A stretch of 63,754 bases of DNA, filler included, from Pelomyxa schiedti (taxonomy: Eukaryota; Protista; Evosea), in assembly GCA_020536535.1 (NCBI GenBank). It is 6 parts of 6 records of this genome, joined end to end, with 100 filler letters (N's around TTAATTAATTAA, not from the genome) between each part and the next. Parts side by side here need not be neighbours in the genome. Positions count along the whole stretch, not along the records: positions 1 to 29,568 come from JAHLWZ010000400.1; 5 more parts are not named here. One strand, written 5' to 3'. The notes under the pieces were generated by a model. The model saw only the letters and a program-made list of their open reading frames with translations. It did no database searches and was not told the origin of the DNA. Both the position numbers and the translations under genes were made by a program. Positions 10,701 to 22,605 of the stretch are shown here, in pieces (the first letter of the stretch is position 1; each line of letters begins with the position of its first letter).

Positions 10701-13660
10701 AACATTAAAAATAAATAGAAAGAAAGTAAGCCCAACCTCGCTCCTTGAGAATCAGCTTATCAGAACAAATTGTACCCATCAGTGTATCCATTGGTACTGG
10801 TGTTGTACTATTTGGAAGATAGAAGCTCCATAATTCGGGTCTCGGTTGCTGGGAAAATTAGTGGCATCGTTTTCTTGACAGTGAGTATTACGTTGTTGAC
10901 AAAAATGTCTTTTTTGTGCAATAACTCTTGAAGTGTGGCAGCCAGGGTAAGTTGGGGTTTGAAGATAATTTTAGTTTGAAAACGCTGGGTGATAGTGAGT
11001 GGGAGGAGGAGAAGCAAAAATAAATACCGGGAAGACAATTGTCAGGAATGCAAGTTTCATTTTTGCTATGTACGATGAGGGATAAAGATAAGAATAAACA
11101 TATCTCACAAGTTCCATCAGATTCGAGGGGTGATGGAGTGCTTGTAGTCGGGCGTGAAAGTATATCCGATTGTTGCAGACTATAGCGTTTGTAGTGCGAT
11201 TTAGGGTTCGGTTGGAAACCAGAATCGCCTGCAGCCTATAGGGAATGAGGAAAATTCTCTTAGGATGCCAAACCTGGGTTTGCTGCAGTTTTTGAATAAA
11301 TGTAGGTTGGAATGAGGGAGAGGGAAAAGGAGAAATGAAAGCAGGCTTGGATTCAGTACTGGCGGTGTCAAGTGGGGATGTACTGGAATTTTTCGGCACT
11401 GAGGGTGGCTGGGTGACTGGAGTTGACGGACTTGGTGTTAACTTGGACCCAAATAGCTTTCTAAACATCCATGGCTTTGCAGAAATCGGTGTAGATGGCG
11501 GTGGTGGTGGAGGTGGGGGAACAGGAATTGCTGTGAAAGATAGAGTTGGTGTAGAGCTAGGACTTGCATTAGGTGTAGAGTTAGGGCTCGCAAGTTTTCG
11601 GTATTCCTATTTACAGGGTGAGCTCCTTTATAGGTAGAATTGGTTTGTGGGAGTCTACTGGGTCAACTGCTTCATTCGAACTGTCACTTCCTTCTGGTGG
11701 GGTCTTTGCCCTCCTTTGCGTTAGGTCTATTTTTTTGATGTTGGTTGTATTTTAGTGTGTGTAGGCTAGACCTTGAGAGTCCCCTGAGGGAATGTCTGTT
11801 GTGACTTCCTTTGGTTTGATGTTACCTCCAGCTCCGTTTACATCACTTCCCCCGGGTTTTTTTTCGGATATGGACTTATGTTTGGTAGCCAGTGCCTTGG
11901 GGAGAAGGCTTTGTTGACTTGGGTCATTTAGCAGTGTTAGAGTGGAGCTTCCTTTTGTGAGTAGAGGTTGACTGATGGACCTATGTGAGGATAGAGCACC
12001 ATCTGCCGCTCCGCTTGGTGGGGAGATAGCTCTACTACCTTTCCGATTTTCAGGAAGCAGCAAGTGGAGTGCCTGTGGTGTTGTGTTTCTTTTTTGGTGA
12101 TGCCGGTGCCTTGGCGTTTCATCCCCATGTTCAGTGGAATCCCCAACCCCTCCTGAAGAGGTCTCTGTAGAAGGAGGAGTCTCGGGTGCCGTTTCTACTG
12201 TTCCTGTTGCTGGGTTTGTTACATTTTGAAGTAATGGAGTGAGGGATACCGGCAAGTTCTTTTTTGGGTGTGCCGCAATCTTCACTATCTTTCTTGTGAT
12301 TTCCCTCTGCATTCGGGGTCTCTTCATCCAATTTCACTCCCAGTTGTAGGCCCGGTACCCTCACTCTTCTATTTTCACCTCTGTCTCTAGAGTCCTTTTC
12401 CCTTTGGCTCCCTCTCGGCGTTTTTGTCCGTGCTCCGTCAGGATCCGCCGATCTAGGCCTTTGCCGCTCTCCAGTTTCTTCGTCCCACAGTTTAATCGGA
12501 AGCTCTCTGTGCTTGCTGTGCCTAGTGGAATGCCCGCTGCCCTTTTTGGCAGCACCGGAACCTCCGGTGCCACTCCCGCCAGGGGTTGTAGGCCTTCCCG
12601 TGGTGTCACAGTCATCATCACTTTGGCTGTCCTCGTTCCTATCTTTGGACATAACATTGGGAGTGCCCTCACACACTGATGCCGCCGGTACTGATGTTGA
12701 TGTTGTTGTTTGTGGTTGTGGTTGTTGTTTATCACCGCTGGTCATTTCATTGGTGTCAGCGGTGCCGGTTGCAGAGTCGCCACCGGGCATGGATGTGATC
12801 ATCATTTTCGACGAGAGGGGCGGGGAAGCAGGCGGGGTGCTGTGATACTGGTGCTGCTTTTGCTTGTGCTTCTGGGAGGAGGCCAGCGACGGGGACTTGC
12901 ACTTGGGGGCCGCGGCCGCCGCCATTTCGGCGATCACCAGGTCCACCGCCACAACGGCCACGGCGTCGCTTCGTGTTCTAGTTTGCGCGACACGCGCTTG
13001 CTGTGCCTCTCCCTGCGGTTGCTGGGGGCCCTGGTCATCGGCCAGCGGTTGGTTTGTTTCAGCTGCTGTTGCCGCGGGGGCTTGGTCTCCCCCGTCGTCG
13101 TCGCGGTTGCGTGGGTGTGGGTCGGTGCTCGTGCACGTCCGGGCGACGAGCCCCGGCGCGGCGGCGGGGGCGGCGACGGCCGCCGTTGTGGACCGCCGCC
13201 GAGAGCGGTTGGCGCCGCCGCTGCTGCTGCTCCCGCTGCTGCCGGTGGTGGAGGTGGATGTGGTGCTCGCGGCGGTGGAGTGGGTGTGGTGGCGGGAGTA
13301 GGAGTGGCGGGTCCCGCGGGGCGTGGCGACGACGATGGTGTCGGCGTCGTAGTCGATGACTGTGGAGGATGGCGAGGAGGTCGGGGTGGGTACTTGTTGT
13401 GTTGGCGTTGTTGTTGTTGTTGTTTGGGGTGTTGTGGCGTTGTCGGTGGGGGATGGCGTGGGTGGTGTTGTTGGCGTATGGGGTGCGCCGCCGGGTTGGT
13501 CGGCGAGAGGGGCCGCGGTGGATGACGACGGGGGGTCGGCGGCGCGGGGGGAGGAGATTATGGGATCGTGGGTTTCGGTTGAGGTAGGTGTTGGTTGGGG
13601 GGCCAAATCCGAGGAGGTGCCCGAAACGGGAATCGACGCCGGGGAGGTGTCCGAACTCAT
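7766..13660 (-). CDS. Large Rho-family GEF (DH-PH) with low-complexity N-terminus and C-terminal PB1-like domain, multi-exon
   Basis: DH segments EEAYVEDL, FIQPLLEQHIVTQDLIQQLFGTIEFILPYHKKLLRDI, LITPVQR, HPDYAE; PB1-like RFKCIYQGGIRFVELP...LQTISRKYGF...IRISY; long S/T/P-rich ORFs upstream on the same strand. Joining of all exons is inferred. Confidence 0.7.
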
Positions 13661-13782
13661 TGTTTGTTGCTTCGGTTTTTTGGATTTTTTTGGCGAACCG
13701 GAAATTTGGTGTTCTTTTGTTTGATTCCAATCACTCCTGGGGTGGAACTTGAATCCCATTGGTTCTTGGAAATAATGCGTCG

Positions 13783-14162
13783 CTACTTTCTGCTGGTGGG
13801 AGGCTTGGAATGTGTCGGGGATACTACAGCTTCCCATTCATTGGATCCTGATGAAATTCAGTGAAGGCCCCACTTGGTGCCAGAAGAATAACCTTCAATT
13901 TGGAAAGCAAGGTGCAAAACTGCGTCGTTCAACACATTGGATTCCGACAGAGTCTTGGTGTCTATTTGGCAATGAACACGTTTTTGACGATTTCTCAGTG
14001 CCTACCCACGAGCGGAGTCTCAGGAGAAGACAACAACCGAATCTTCTCGGGATTCATGTGCACCACCGCAGCGACCTTGGACTTGACGGCGCCGACTGTA
14101 TCAGCTGGCTCGCACAGCAGAAATATGCACTGGTTGGCTCGTTTCACTCTCACGTAGATCAT
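13783..14162 (-). CDS. Elongin B-like ubiquitin-fold protein (3 exons; absent from ORF track)
   Basis: Spliced by hand: MIYVRVKRANQCIFLLCEPADTVGAVKSKVAAVVHMNPEKIRLLSSPETPL-DTKTLSESNVLNDAVLHLAFQIE-GSNEWEAVV...; pattern matches Elongin B/plant Ubl. Confidence 0.7.
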
Positions 14163-14409
14163 TCCCTTTTGTCCCCAACAGTGGCTGTCTCACTGAAAAA
14201 CACCGCAACAATGCAGTGGGTTGGTCATCACTAATAATCTCAATTCCCGGAAATCAATGTGAAGTCGTTTTAGAGTACGAGAACTTCAAGCTTCTGTAAG
14301 GTTTATCAGAAGCCCATTTCGTAGTGGAAAAAACCAATAACACACAAGCAAACAGAGCCGCGCCCGGGCACAGACATCATATATTTTAATTCCAGGCTAC
14401 CAACCAATT

Positions 14410-17400
14410 ATGAGCACCACAACCAGTTCTAACAGGCCACTGTGTTTCACATTGAATGGGGTGATTCAGAGTGTTGCTCACCCTGATCCCTTAATGACTC
14501 TCCTTACCTACCTCCACCAATGTGTGTTGTGCACCCATGGAATTTAATCTTTTTTCAAAACCATAAATTTAATCAGTAATTAAAAAAAAATATCAACGAT
14601 AACGTTATGCACCCACATATTTTTCGGTTTTTTTTGAAAAAATACTTACTATTACACAACATATAAGCTGGAAACAAAGGAACCAAATTGGGATGTGGGG
14701 AAGGTGGGTGCGGTGCATGCACTATTGTGGCCTCATATTACAACAAATCATTGGGCTCTGTTTGGTATTGATTTAGTTTTTATCCCCCTCTGTTTTAATT
14801 ATTTTGTAGTCACAGAGCAATAAATGCGTGCTTGCTCCCACTTTGTTCTGTTGATGGATATGCTATTACCACCATTGAGGGTTTGAAAACTTCATCCAGT
14901 CTGCATCCAATTCAGGTTCCCACTCCTATTATTTTACTTTTTATGATTGTGATATTGTATTTGTAGGAACGCCTTGCGAAAGGAAATGGCATTCAATGTG
15001 GGTTCTGTACTCCTGGAATTATAATGGCTCTTTATGCATACCTTCTTGAGCACCCCAATGCTTCGGAAAGCACCCTTGAGTCTTGCCTTGATGGTAACTT
15101 GTGCAGATGCACTGGATATCGACCAATAATTCAAGTGGCAAAGAGTGTATGATCTTCCTCTCCTTTTGTGTATGACTACTTATTTTGTAACCACAGTTTG
15201 CACGTAAATCCACATGTACCGAAGCATGCACACAAAGTGTAATACCAAGTGATATTGAGGTATTACTAATTCAATCTTTCCGTTATGTAATAGCCACCAG
15301 AACATCGGTATTACTCCTCCAGCAGTCGGGGACTTCATCCTACAGGATAGACTGCCACTTGAAGTATCCACTTCAATCTGCACCTGGTGTTCCCCTAGAA
15401 CCCTATCTGATTTGTTACAGCTGAAGGCAGTTTTCCTCTTTGTTCTCTTTTCTAAGAAAAATTACAGAAGCGAAACCCACAAGCACAAATTGTTGTTGGC
15501 AATACCGAAGTGGGCATCTTTTCCCACTTCAAGGGTACTTACCCTCCCTTCATCATCGATCCACGGAACATAGCAGAGCTCCTTTCTGTGTGTTAACGAG
15601 GCGTCTGCCTCTTTTTCTGAACCCAATTAGTTTTCACCGAGTGAAGATGGAGTATTTATTGGTGCTGCGCTTTGCTTAACTGATCTTTCCATTAAGCTTG
15701 AAGAATTAGTCATGCATCACGATGTTGTAGCATTTTCAAATACATCTCTTGTCTTACACGATTACAGAAAACAAAGACCAGAATCTTTGTAGAGATGCTG
15801 AGGCAGCTGGAACGTTTTGCTGGGCGTCAAGTTCGTAATGTGGCTTGTTTGGCAGCGAACTTAGCAACTGCCAGCCCTACCTCTGATATGAACCCTATTC
15901 TTTTGGCCTCGGTATTGCTTCTAGCGACTTCCTTATGTAACTTCCATAACACACAGGGCTCAGTTATTCATCTCGAGTCTACAACTGGAACAAGAACAAT
16001 TGGTATTGCAGACTGGTTTGTGGGATACAGGAAAGTCGCAATGACTCCTGAAGAAGTGATTGTCAAAATATGTATGCTCAGTTAATCTGCCTGCGACCTG
16101 ATTTCTTGATTAGATATCCCTTTCACCAAACCTAATGAGTTTGTTGGTGCTTTCAAGCAGTCACGACGCCTTCATGATGACATTGCGATAGTGACTGCTT
16201 GCTTTGATGTGGTTTTGTCGGAGGTTCACTTCAGATATATTTCAGTAAGTTCTGATGTCTAAACAACTGGCAGGTACCCAACGAGCCAGCAACAACGATC
16301 CCCTCAACAACTGTCACATCCCCGTCACCAGTTCCATGCTACGGAACATGCAATACACCAATAAACTCTGAGGAGGGTTTTGTTGGCCACACACCCAATC
16401 AGGCACTCTTCCCGGTTACTGTGAAGAAGTTTGTGGTACAGTCTTGTGCACTAGCCTTTGGCTCAATGGATTTCAAGACTCGCCTGTATGTTTAGACGTT
16501 CCATCGCAGTCTCTGACACAATTTATAGTGCCGACGGGGCAGGCAGATATTTACTTGGAAAGCCATGGGATCTCTCCATCCTTCCTGGAGTTGTTCAAGC
16601 CCTAGCTACTGTATGTGTTCCCAGGGTACTCCATTTGTTGGTCCTACTTACTCCTGTCAAGGATTTTCCTCTTACGTCCAAAACACCAGGTGGAATGCCA
16701 GAATACCGTAGAACTTTGACTGGGAGTTTATTCTTCAAGGTATTTGAGTGCGAAGCTTCCATTATTCGAGGCTAACCTCTCATTCAGTTTTTCATGGATA
16801 TATACGCCCATATTCATGGGGCAGATTCGGTTCCCCCGAAGTTCCTCTCTGCTGCAAAAAGAAATTTTGATAGGGAAGTGATGAGAAGTATAATTGATTT
16901 CCACGCTAAGATACCAGCAAGGTGTCAACTTGATGTTCCTTTTTTTTTTTTTTTCTTACTCCCGAATCAAGCCCAACTGACATCGTTGGAACGCCAGTAA
17001 CTCACATTGCTGCGGATAAACTTGCTACTGGGGATGGTATGTTGTTTTTATTCACTTTCCGTCATTCTCATTTCTTGTGCCAAGCCCTCTTTACCTGCGA
17101 TCTCGAAACAACGTATCATGCAGCACTGATTCAAAGCAGCAAGGCACATGCGAGGATATTGTGCGACAAAATAATGTTGGAGTGTTTCTAATCAGTTGCT
17201 TGTGCAGAAACATTGATGCCAGCAAAGCACTTTCAATGGACGGTGTTATCCAAGTTTTTACTGCCAAAGATGTACCTGGTTCTAATGCATATTGTGGGAG
17301 CAAGGAAGAGGAAGTTTTTGCACAATCTGAAGTTCTTTGTGCTGGTATGTCCAAGGGACAGTTATTTGCGAACACGTGTTCACTCTTCCTAGGGTACCCT

Positions 17401-20344
17401 CTTGGCGTGGTTGTTGCAAAAACGCAGGAAATCGCCCGCAATGCTGCCCGGCTTGTTCAAGTGCAATACGAAGAACTGCCTGCTGTTCTTACTATCGAGG
17501 TTTGCTCTCTCACTGTGTCCCTATCTAAAAGTAGTCAGGATGCCATCAGAGCCAATTCTTGGCTGGCTCCCCCAATCAGTGTTGAAACTGGAGACATTAA
17601 TGCCGGTTTTAGGGAGTCAGAAACTATCATTGAAGGTTATAAACTTTGATAACGCTATTAACAGTACTGAATATGAGCGGGCAGGTGAGATGCAGATTGG
17701 AGGGCAAGAGCACTTCTATATGGAAACCCACGTTGTTGTTGCAACCCCTCGTGAAGATGAAATTGAGCTATTCTGTTCCACGCAGAATCCCTCTAAAACA
17801 CAGAGCTGCGTGGCTGCAGCTCTGGGAATTCCCTCACATGCCGTCACTGTTAAAGTAAGTTTCTTTGACTCACTGTGCTCTCTTATTGGTCCCTAGTGCA
17901 GGAGGGCCGGAGGAGGATTTGGAGGAAAGGAGTCCCGGAACCTATTTGTTGCCACAGCTTGTGCAGTCCCCGCATATATATTGAAGAAACCTATTAAGCT
18001 CTGGCTGGATCGTGATGTTGATATGTCCATAACTGGAACTCGACATCCGTTCCTATGCAAATATAAAGTAGGATTCATGAATACTGGCAAACTTGTGGCC
18101 GCGGATTTTACTCTGTACTCTAACTGTGGCTACTCGTTAGATGTTTCTCTTCCTGTGATGTCAAGGTATTATACTTTCTTCCCTAGTAGTCAGTAAATAT
18201 CTTGACAATAATATTTAATCCAAACAAGAGCAATTCTGCATGTTGACAACGCATACTTCTTTGAGCACCTTCGTGCAGTTGGCCATTTAGCTAGGACAAA
18301 TAAGCCCAGTAACACTGCGTATGCCTCGAATTTCCTTTTTGAATTATAAAACTACAAAAGCTTCCGCGGATTTGGTACTCCCCAAGGGATGTGTGTGATG
18401 GAGCACATAATCTTCAGAATCAGTCAAATGATCTCAAAACCTGCTAATGCAATAAGAGTCGTCTTCTAGACAAACAACTTTTCTCTAACTACCTCACAGG
18501 AGCTTAACTTCTACAAAGAAGGGCAAGCAACCCCCTGTGGCATGCAAGTGATAAATGATACAATGCCTCGTGTTTGGGCTGAGTTGCTTGCAAAGAGCGA
18601 ATTTAAGAAGCGAGAGTAACTATCCTTTTCATAGATTTAAGGATAACATCCTAAAACAGGCAGGAAGCACTTGTTTTTAATGTACAGCACCGCTACAGGA
18701 AACGGGGTATTGTTTGTCTCCCCATAAAGTATGGGATGGGGTTCACACAACCTTCACTCAATCAGGTTTCAAGTTCTCCCTCAAACGATCTTACACCAAA
18801 TAGGCTGGAGCCCTTGTGCACATTTATACTGATGGATCTGTTTGGGTATCACATGGTGGGTGTGAGATTGGGCAAGGTCTTCACACAAAAATGGCACAGG
18901 TAAGTTTCTGTCGCACAGTGTAATCAGTTTTGACTTCTCAAGATTTGCTCCACTGCTCTTGGTATTCCCCTTCGTTTGGTTCGAATTGGAGATACCAGTA
19001 CAGATAAAGTTTGTAACACATCACCCACAGCTGCTTCTTCACAGTCTGGTATAATTCTCCGTATTTCCAGTATTAATTGTAATTTGAGATCTTAACGGTA
19101 TGGCTGTACTAAACGCTTGTATCGCTCTGAAGGAGAGACTGGAGAGATTTAGAGCCTCTCTACCTGCTTCCCCGTCTTTATCCTGGGAACAGGTAGATAC
19201 TTCCAATCCAAAGTGATTGACTCACGAGAAAAAAAAGTTAATTCAAGCAGCTTATGCTGCCAGAGTTGACTTGTGCGCCCATGGGTTCTATGAGACGCCA
19301 TGCGTTACCCTGAACTTTGCAACAGGCAAAGGAAACCCATTTTATTACTATGTATTTGGTGCAGCTTGTACCGAAGTTGAAATAGACACATTAACAGGTC
19401 TTGAAGCAAACCTCAGAGTGCCAGTAAACTAACTCATGCAGGTGACCACACTATTCTCCGCAGTGATATAGTCATTGATATTGGAAAGAGTTTAAATCCC
19501 TCCGTAGATATTGGCCAAGTATGCCCGCAACTTCGCAGGAAACACCTAACAGTATCTATGAAGATTGAAGGTGCTTTTATCCAAGGTTATGGGTGGTCTG
19601 TTCTTGAAGAACTGGTCAATTTCCCCAACGGCTCGTACTACACATTAGGCCCTTCAACATACCATTCGGTGTTGGGTCAGTGAATGCATCTCGGCAAGCC
19701 AGCCGGATTTGTTCGCATGAGGCCGGGATGGAAAACTGGAAGAATCCTTGTATTCCCTCTTCCGCTCTTGCACTGGAAATAGCGCTTTGTATGGCGAAGA
19801 AAACAGAGTGCCCAAGGCACAGCGGTGGTTCTCCAACGCCCTTGGATGAGTGTATTGCCTCTGGGTTATCAGAGTCCCGTAGCATATACANNNNNNNNNN
19901 NNNNNNNNNNNNNNNNNNNNNNNNNNNNNNNNNNNNNNNNNNNNNNNNNNNNNNNNNNNNNNNNNNNNNNNNNNNNNNNNNNNNNNNNNNTGTATATGCT
20001 ACGGGACTCTGATAACCCAGAGGCAATACACTCATCCAAGGGCGTTGGAGAACCACCGCTGTGCCTTGGGCACTCTGTTTTCTTCGCCATACAAAGCGCT
20101 ATTTCCAGTGCCCGAGCGGAAGAGGGAATACAAGGATTCTTCCAGTTTTCCATCCCGGCCTCATGCGAACAAATCCGGCTGGCTTGCCGAGATGCATTCA
20201 CTGACCCAACACCGAATGGTAAGTTGTCTCCACAGTGTTCCTTTCAAGTGGAATTAACTGGCCAATGCAGCAGGCGTCAAGGGGGAATCCTGGTCTACAG
20301 AGGAATCCAAACTAAAACCAGACGTACTGCGAAGACTACCATAA
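14410..20344 (+). CDS. XDH: Xanthine dehydrogenase (molybdo-flavoenzyme), many exons; 3' part disturbed by inversion and gap
   Basis: 2Fe-2S motif [14 protein letters not shown]; FAD domain [17 protein letters not shown]; Moco motifs [47 protein letters not shown]. Confidence 0.93.
19661..19890 (-). repeat. Inverted copy of XDH 3' exon (mirror of 19991-20220 around the gap)
   Basis: Reverse complement of 19991-20220 apart from 2 nt; junction microhomology caacatac/caacttac. Confidence 0.9.
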
Positions 20345-20372
20345 ACCACCAACAAAGGGAAGGAAAAAAAAG

Positions 20373-20444
20373 TTCCGATGCCGGGAATCGAACCCGGGGC
20401 CACTGAGTGAAAGTCAGAGATGTTGCCAACTACACCACATCGGA
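20373..20444 (-). tRNA. tRNA-Glu(TTC)
   Basis: Acceptor TCCGATG/CATCGGA, anticodon loop CT-TTC-AC, T-loop GGTTCGATTCC, downstream T-run terminator. Confidence 0.92.
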
Positions 20445-20522
20445 TTTACATTAATGTCACTCCCGGGCCACTTCCTTACCAAAGCATCACCCCCAGGGCA
20501 CACAAGCATGAGAAAAAAGATT

Positions 20523-20604
20523 TGCAGGCAGTGGGGTTCGAACCCACGCATCTTCCGATAGATGAGCTTAAATCATCCGCCTTAGACCTCTCGGCCATAC
20601 CTGC
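20523..20604 (-). tRNA. tRNA-Leu(TAA)
   Basis: GCAGGTA/TGCCTGC acceptor, GATGA-TT-TAA-GC-TCATC anticodon arm, long variable arm, GGTTCGAACC. Confidence 0.92.
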
Positions 20605-20703
20605 ACAAGTTTTCTTTTGGGGTCTGTCCTTGTTTGCTTGCCATGACACTGAACCTTAACCTGACCGTCATAACTTTCTTTATTTCTGAGAAAGACAGTA
20701 TGT

Positions 20704-20793
20704 GCTCTGGTAGCTCAGTTGGTTAGAGCGCGGTACTTATAAGAACAGTATTGAGTCATGCTGAGGTCGTGGGTTCGATCCCCACCCGGAGCA
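20704..20793 (+). tRNA. tRNA-Ile(TAT) with short intron after the anticodon
   Basis: GCTCTGG/CCGGAGC-A acceptor, TAGCTCAGTTGGTTAGAGC D-arm, CGGTA-CT-TAT-A, ~16-nt insert, then TGCTG; GGTTCGATCC; TTTTT terminator. Confidence 0.9.
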
Positions 20794-20823
20794 ACTTTTT
20801 CTTGGTGTAATACGTAACACGGG

Positions 20824-20883
20824 TGGTTTTAGTTTGGATTCCTCTGTAGACCATGATTCCCCCTTGACTCCTGCTGCATTGGC
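20824..20883 (-). repeat. 60-bp inverted copy of XDH last exon at the duplication junction
   Basis: Reverse complement of 20261-20320 with 2 mismatches; joined through TGGC to sequence matching 18892 onward. Confidence 0.85.
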
Positions 20884-22096
20884 ACAGGTAAGTTTCTGTC
20901 GCACAGTGTAATCAGTTTTGACTTCTCAAGATTTGCTCCACTGCTCTTGGTATTCCCCTTCGTTTGGTTCGAATTGGAGATACCAGTACAGATAAAGTGT
21001 GTAACACATCACCCACAGCTGCTTCTTCACAGTCTGGTATAATTCTCCGTATTTCCAGTCGTAGTAATTGTAATTTGAGATCTTAACGGTATGGCTGTAC
21101 TAAACGCTTGTATCGCTCTGAAGGAGAGACTGGAGAGATTTAGAGCCTCTCTACCCGCTTCCCCGTCTTTATCCTGGGAACAGGTAGATACTTCCAATCC
21201 AAATTGATTGGCTCACGAGAAAAAAAAGTTAATTCAAGCAGCTTATGCTGCCAGAGTTGACTTGTGTGCCCATGGGTTCTATGAGACGCCATGCGTTACC
21301 CTGGACTTTGCAACAGGCAAAGGAAACCCATTTTATTACTATGTATTTGGGGCAGCTTGTACCGAAGTTGAAATAGACACATTAACAGGTCTTGAAGCAA
21401 ACCTCAGAGTGCCAGTAAACTAACTCATGCAGGTGATCACACTATTCTCCGCAGTGATATAGTCATTGATATTGGAAAGAGTTTAAATCCCTCCGTAGAT
21501 ATTGGCCAAGTATGCCCGCAACTTCGTCGGAAACACCTAACAGTATCTATGAAGATTGAAGGTGCTTTTATCCAAGGTTATGGGTGGTCTGTTCTTGAAG
21601 AACTGGTCAATTTCCCCAACGGCTCGTACTACACATTAGGGCCTTCAACATACAAAATTCCTGGTATCCACTGTCCAACCCAAAATACATTCAGTTGACC
21701 AATAAACACTAGGCATAGTGGATGTGCCAGCGGACTTCCGGGTGTATATGCTACGGGACTCTGATAACCCAGAGGCAATACACTCATCCAAGGGCGTTGG
21801 AGAACCACCGCTGTGCCTTGGGCACTCTGTTTTCTTCGCCATACAAAGCGCTATTTCCAGTGCCCGAGCGGAAGAGGGAATACAAGGATTCTTCCAGTTT
21901 TCCATCCCGGCCTCATGCGAACAAATCCGGCTGGCTTGCCGAGATGCATTCACTGACCCAACACCGAATGGTAAGTTGTCTCCACAGTGTTCCTTTCAAG
22001 TGGAATTAACTGGCCAATGCAGCAGGCGTCAAGGGGGAATCCTGGTCTACAGAGGAATCCAAACTAAAACCAGACGTACTGCGAAGACTACCATAA
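20880..22096 (+). other. XDH: Second copy (allele or recent duplicate) of the XDH 3' third
   Basis: Collinear with 18892-20344, about a dozen mostly silent or intronic differences; contains the KIPG...DVPADFRVY segment missing from copy 1. Confidence 0.85.
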
Positions 22097-22124
22097 ACCA
22101 CCAACAAAGGGAAGGAAAAAAAAG

Positions 22125-22196
22125 TTCCGATGCCGGGAATCGAACCCGGGGCCACTGAGTGAAAGTCAGAGATGTTGCCAACTACACCACATCGGA
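22125..22196 (-). tRNA. tRNA-Glu(TTC), duplicate
   Basis: Same sequence as 20373-20444, offset 1752 bp. Confidence 0.9.
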
Positions 22197-22274
22197 TTTA
22201 CATTAATGTCACTCCCGGGCCACTTCCTTACCAAAGCATCACCCCCAGGGCACACAAGCATGAGAAAAAAGATT

Positions 22275-22356
22275 TGCAGGCAGTGGGGTTCGAACCCACG
22301 CATCTTCCGATAGATGAGCTTAAATCATCCGCCTTAGACCTCTCGGCCATACCTGC
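22275..22356 (-). tRNA. tRNA-Leu(TAA), duplicate
   Basis: Same sequence as 20523-20604, offset 1752 bp. Confidence 0.9.
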
Positions 22357-22455
22357 ACAAGTTTTCTTTTGGGGTCTGTCCTTGTTTGCTTGCCATGAAA
22401 CTGAACCTTAATCACGACCGTCATAACTTTCTTTATTTCTGAGCCAACAGTATGT

Positions 22456-22545
22456 GCTCTGGTAGCTCAGTTGGTTAGAGCGCGGTACTTATAAGAACAG
22501 TATTGCGTCATGCTGAGGTAGTGGGTTCGATCCCCACCCGGAGCC
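22456..22545 (+). tRNA. tRNA-Ile(TAT), intron-containing, variant duplicate
   Basis: As 20704-20793 but with intron A>C, variable-loop C>A and discriminator A>C. Confidence 0.8.
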
Positions 22546-22605
22546 ACTTTTTCTTGGTGTAATATGTACAACTGGTAGTTATTCCCAAGGGTGGGTGCTG
22601 GTGGG

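Noticed and set aside
12361-13730. Many long overlapping ORFs on both strands suggesting overprinted genes
   Set aside because: Expected in GC-rich low-complexity coding DNA with few stops; same applies to 50.6-51.5 kb and 54-56 kb
20445-20522. Possible small RNA between tRNA-Glu and tRNA-Leu
   Set aside because: Only imperfect box C/D-like words and no terminal stem
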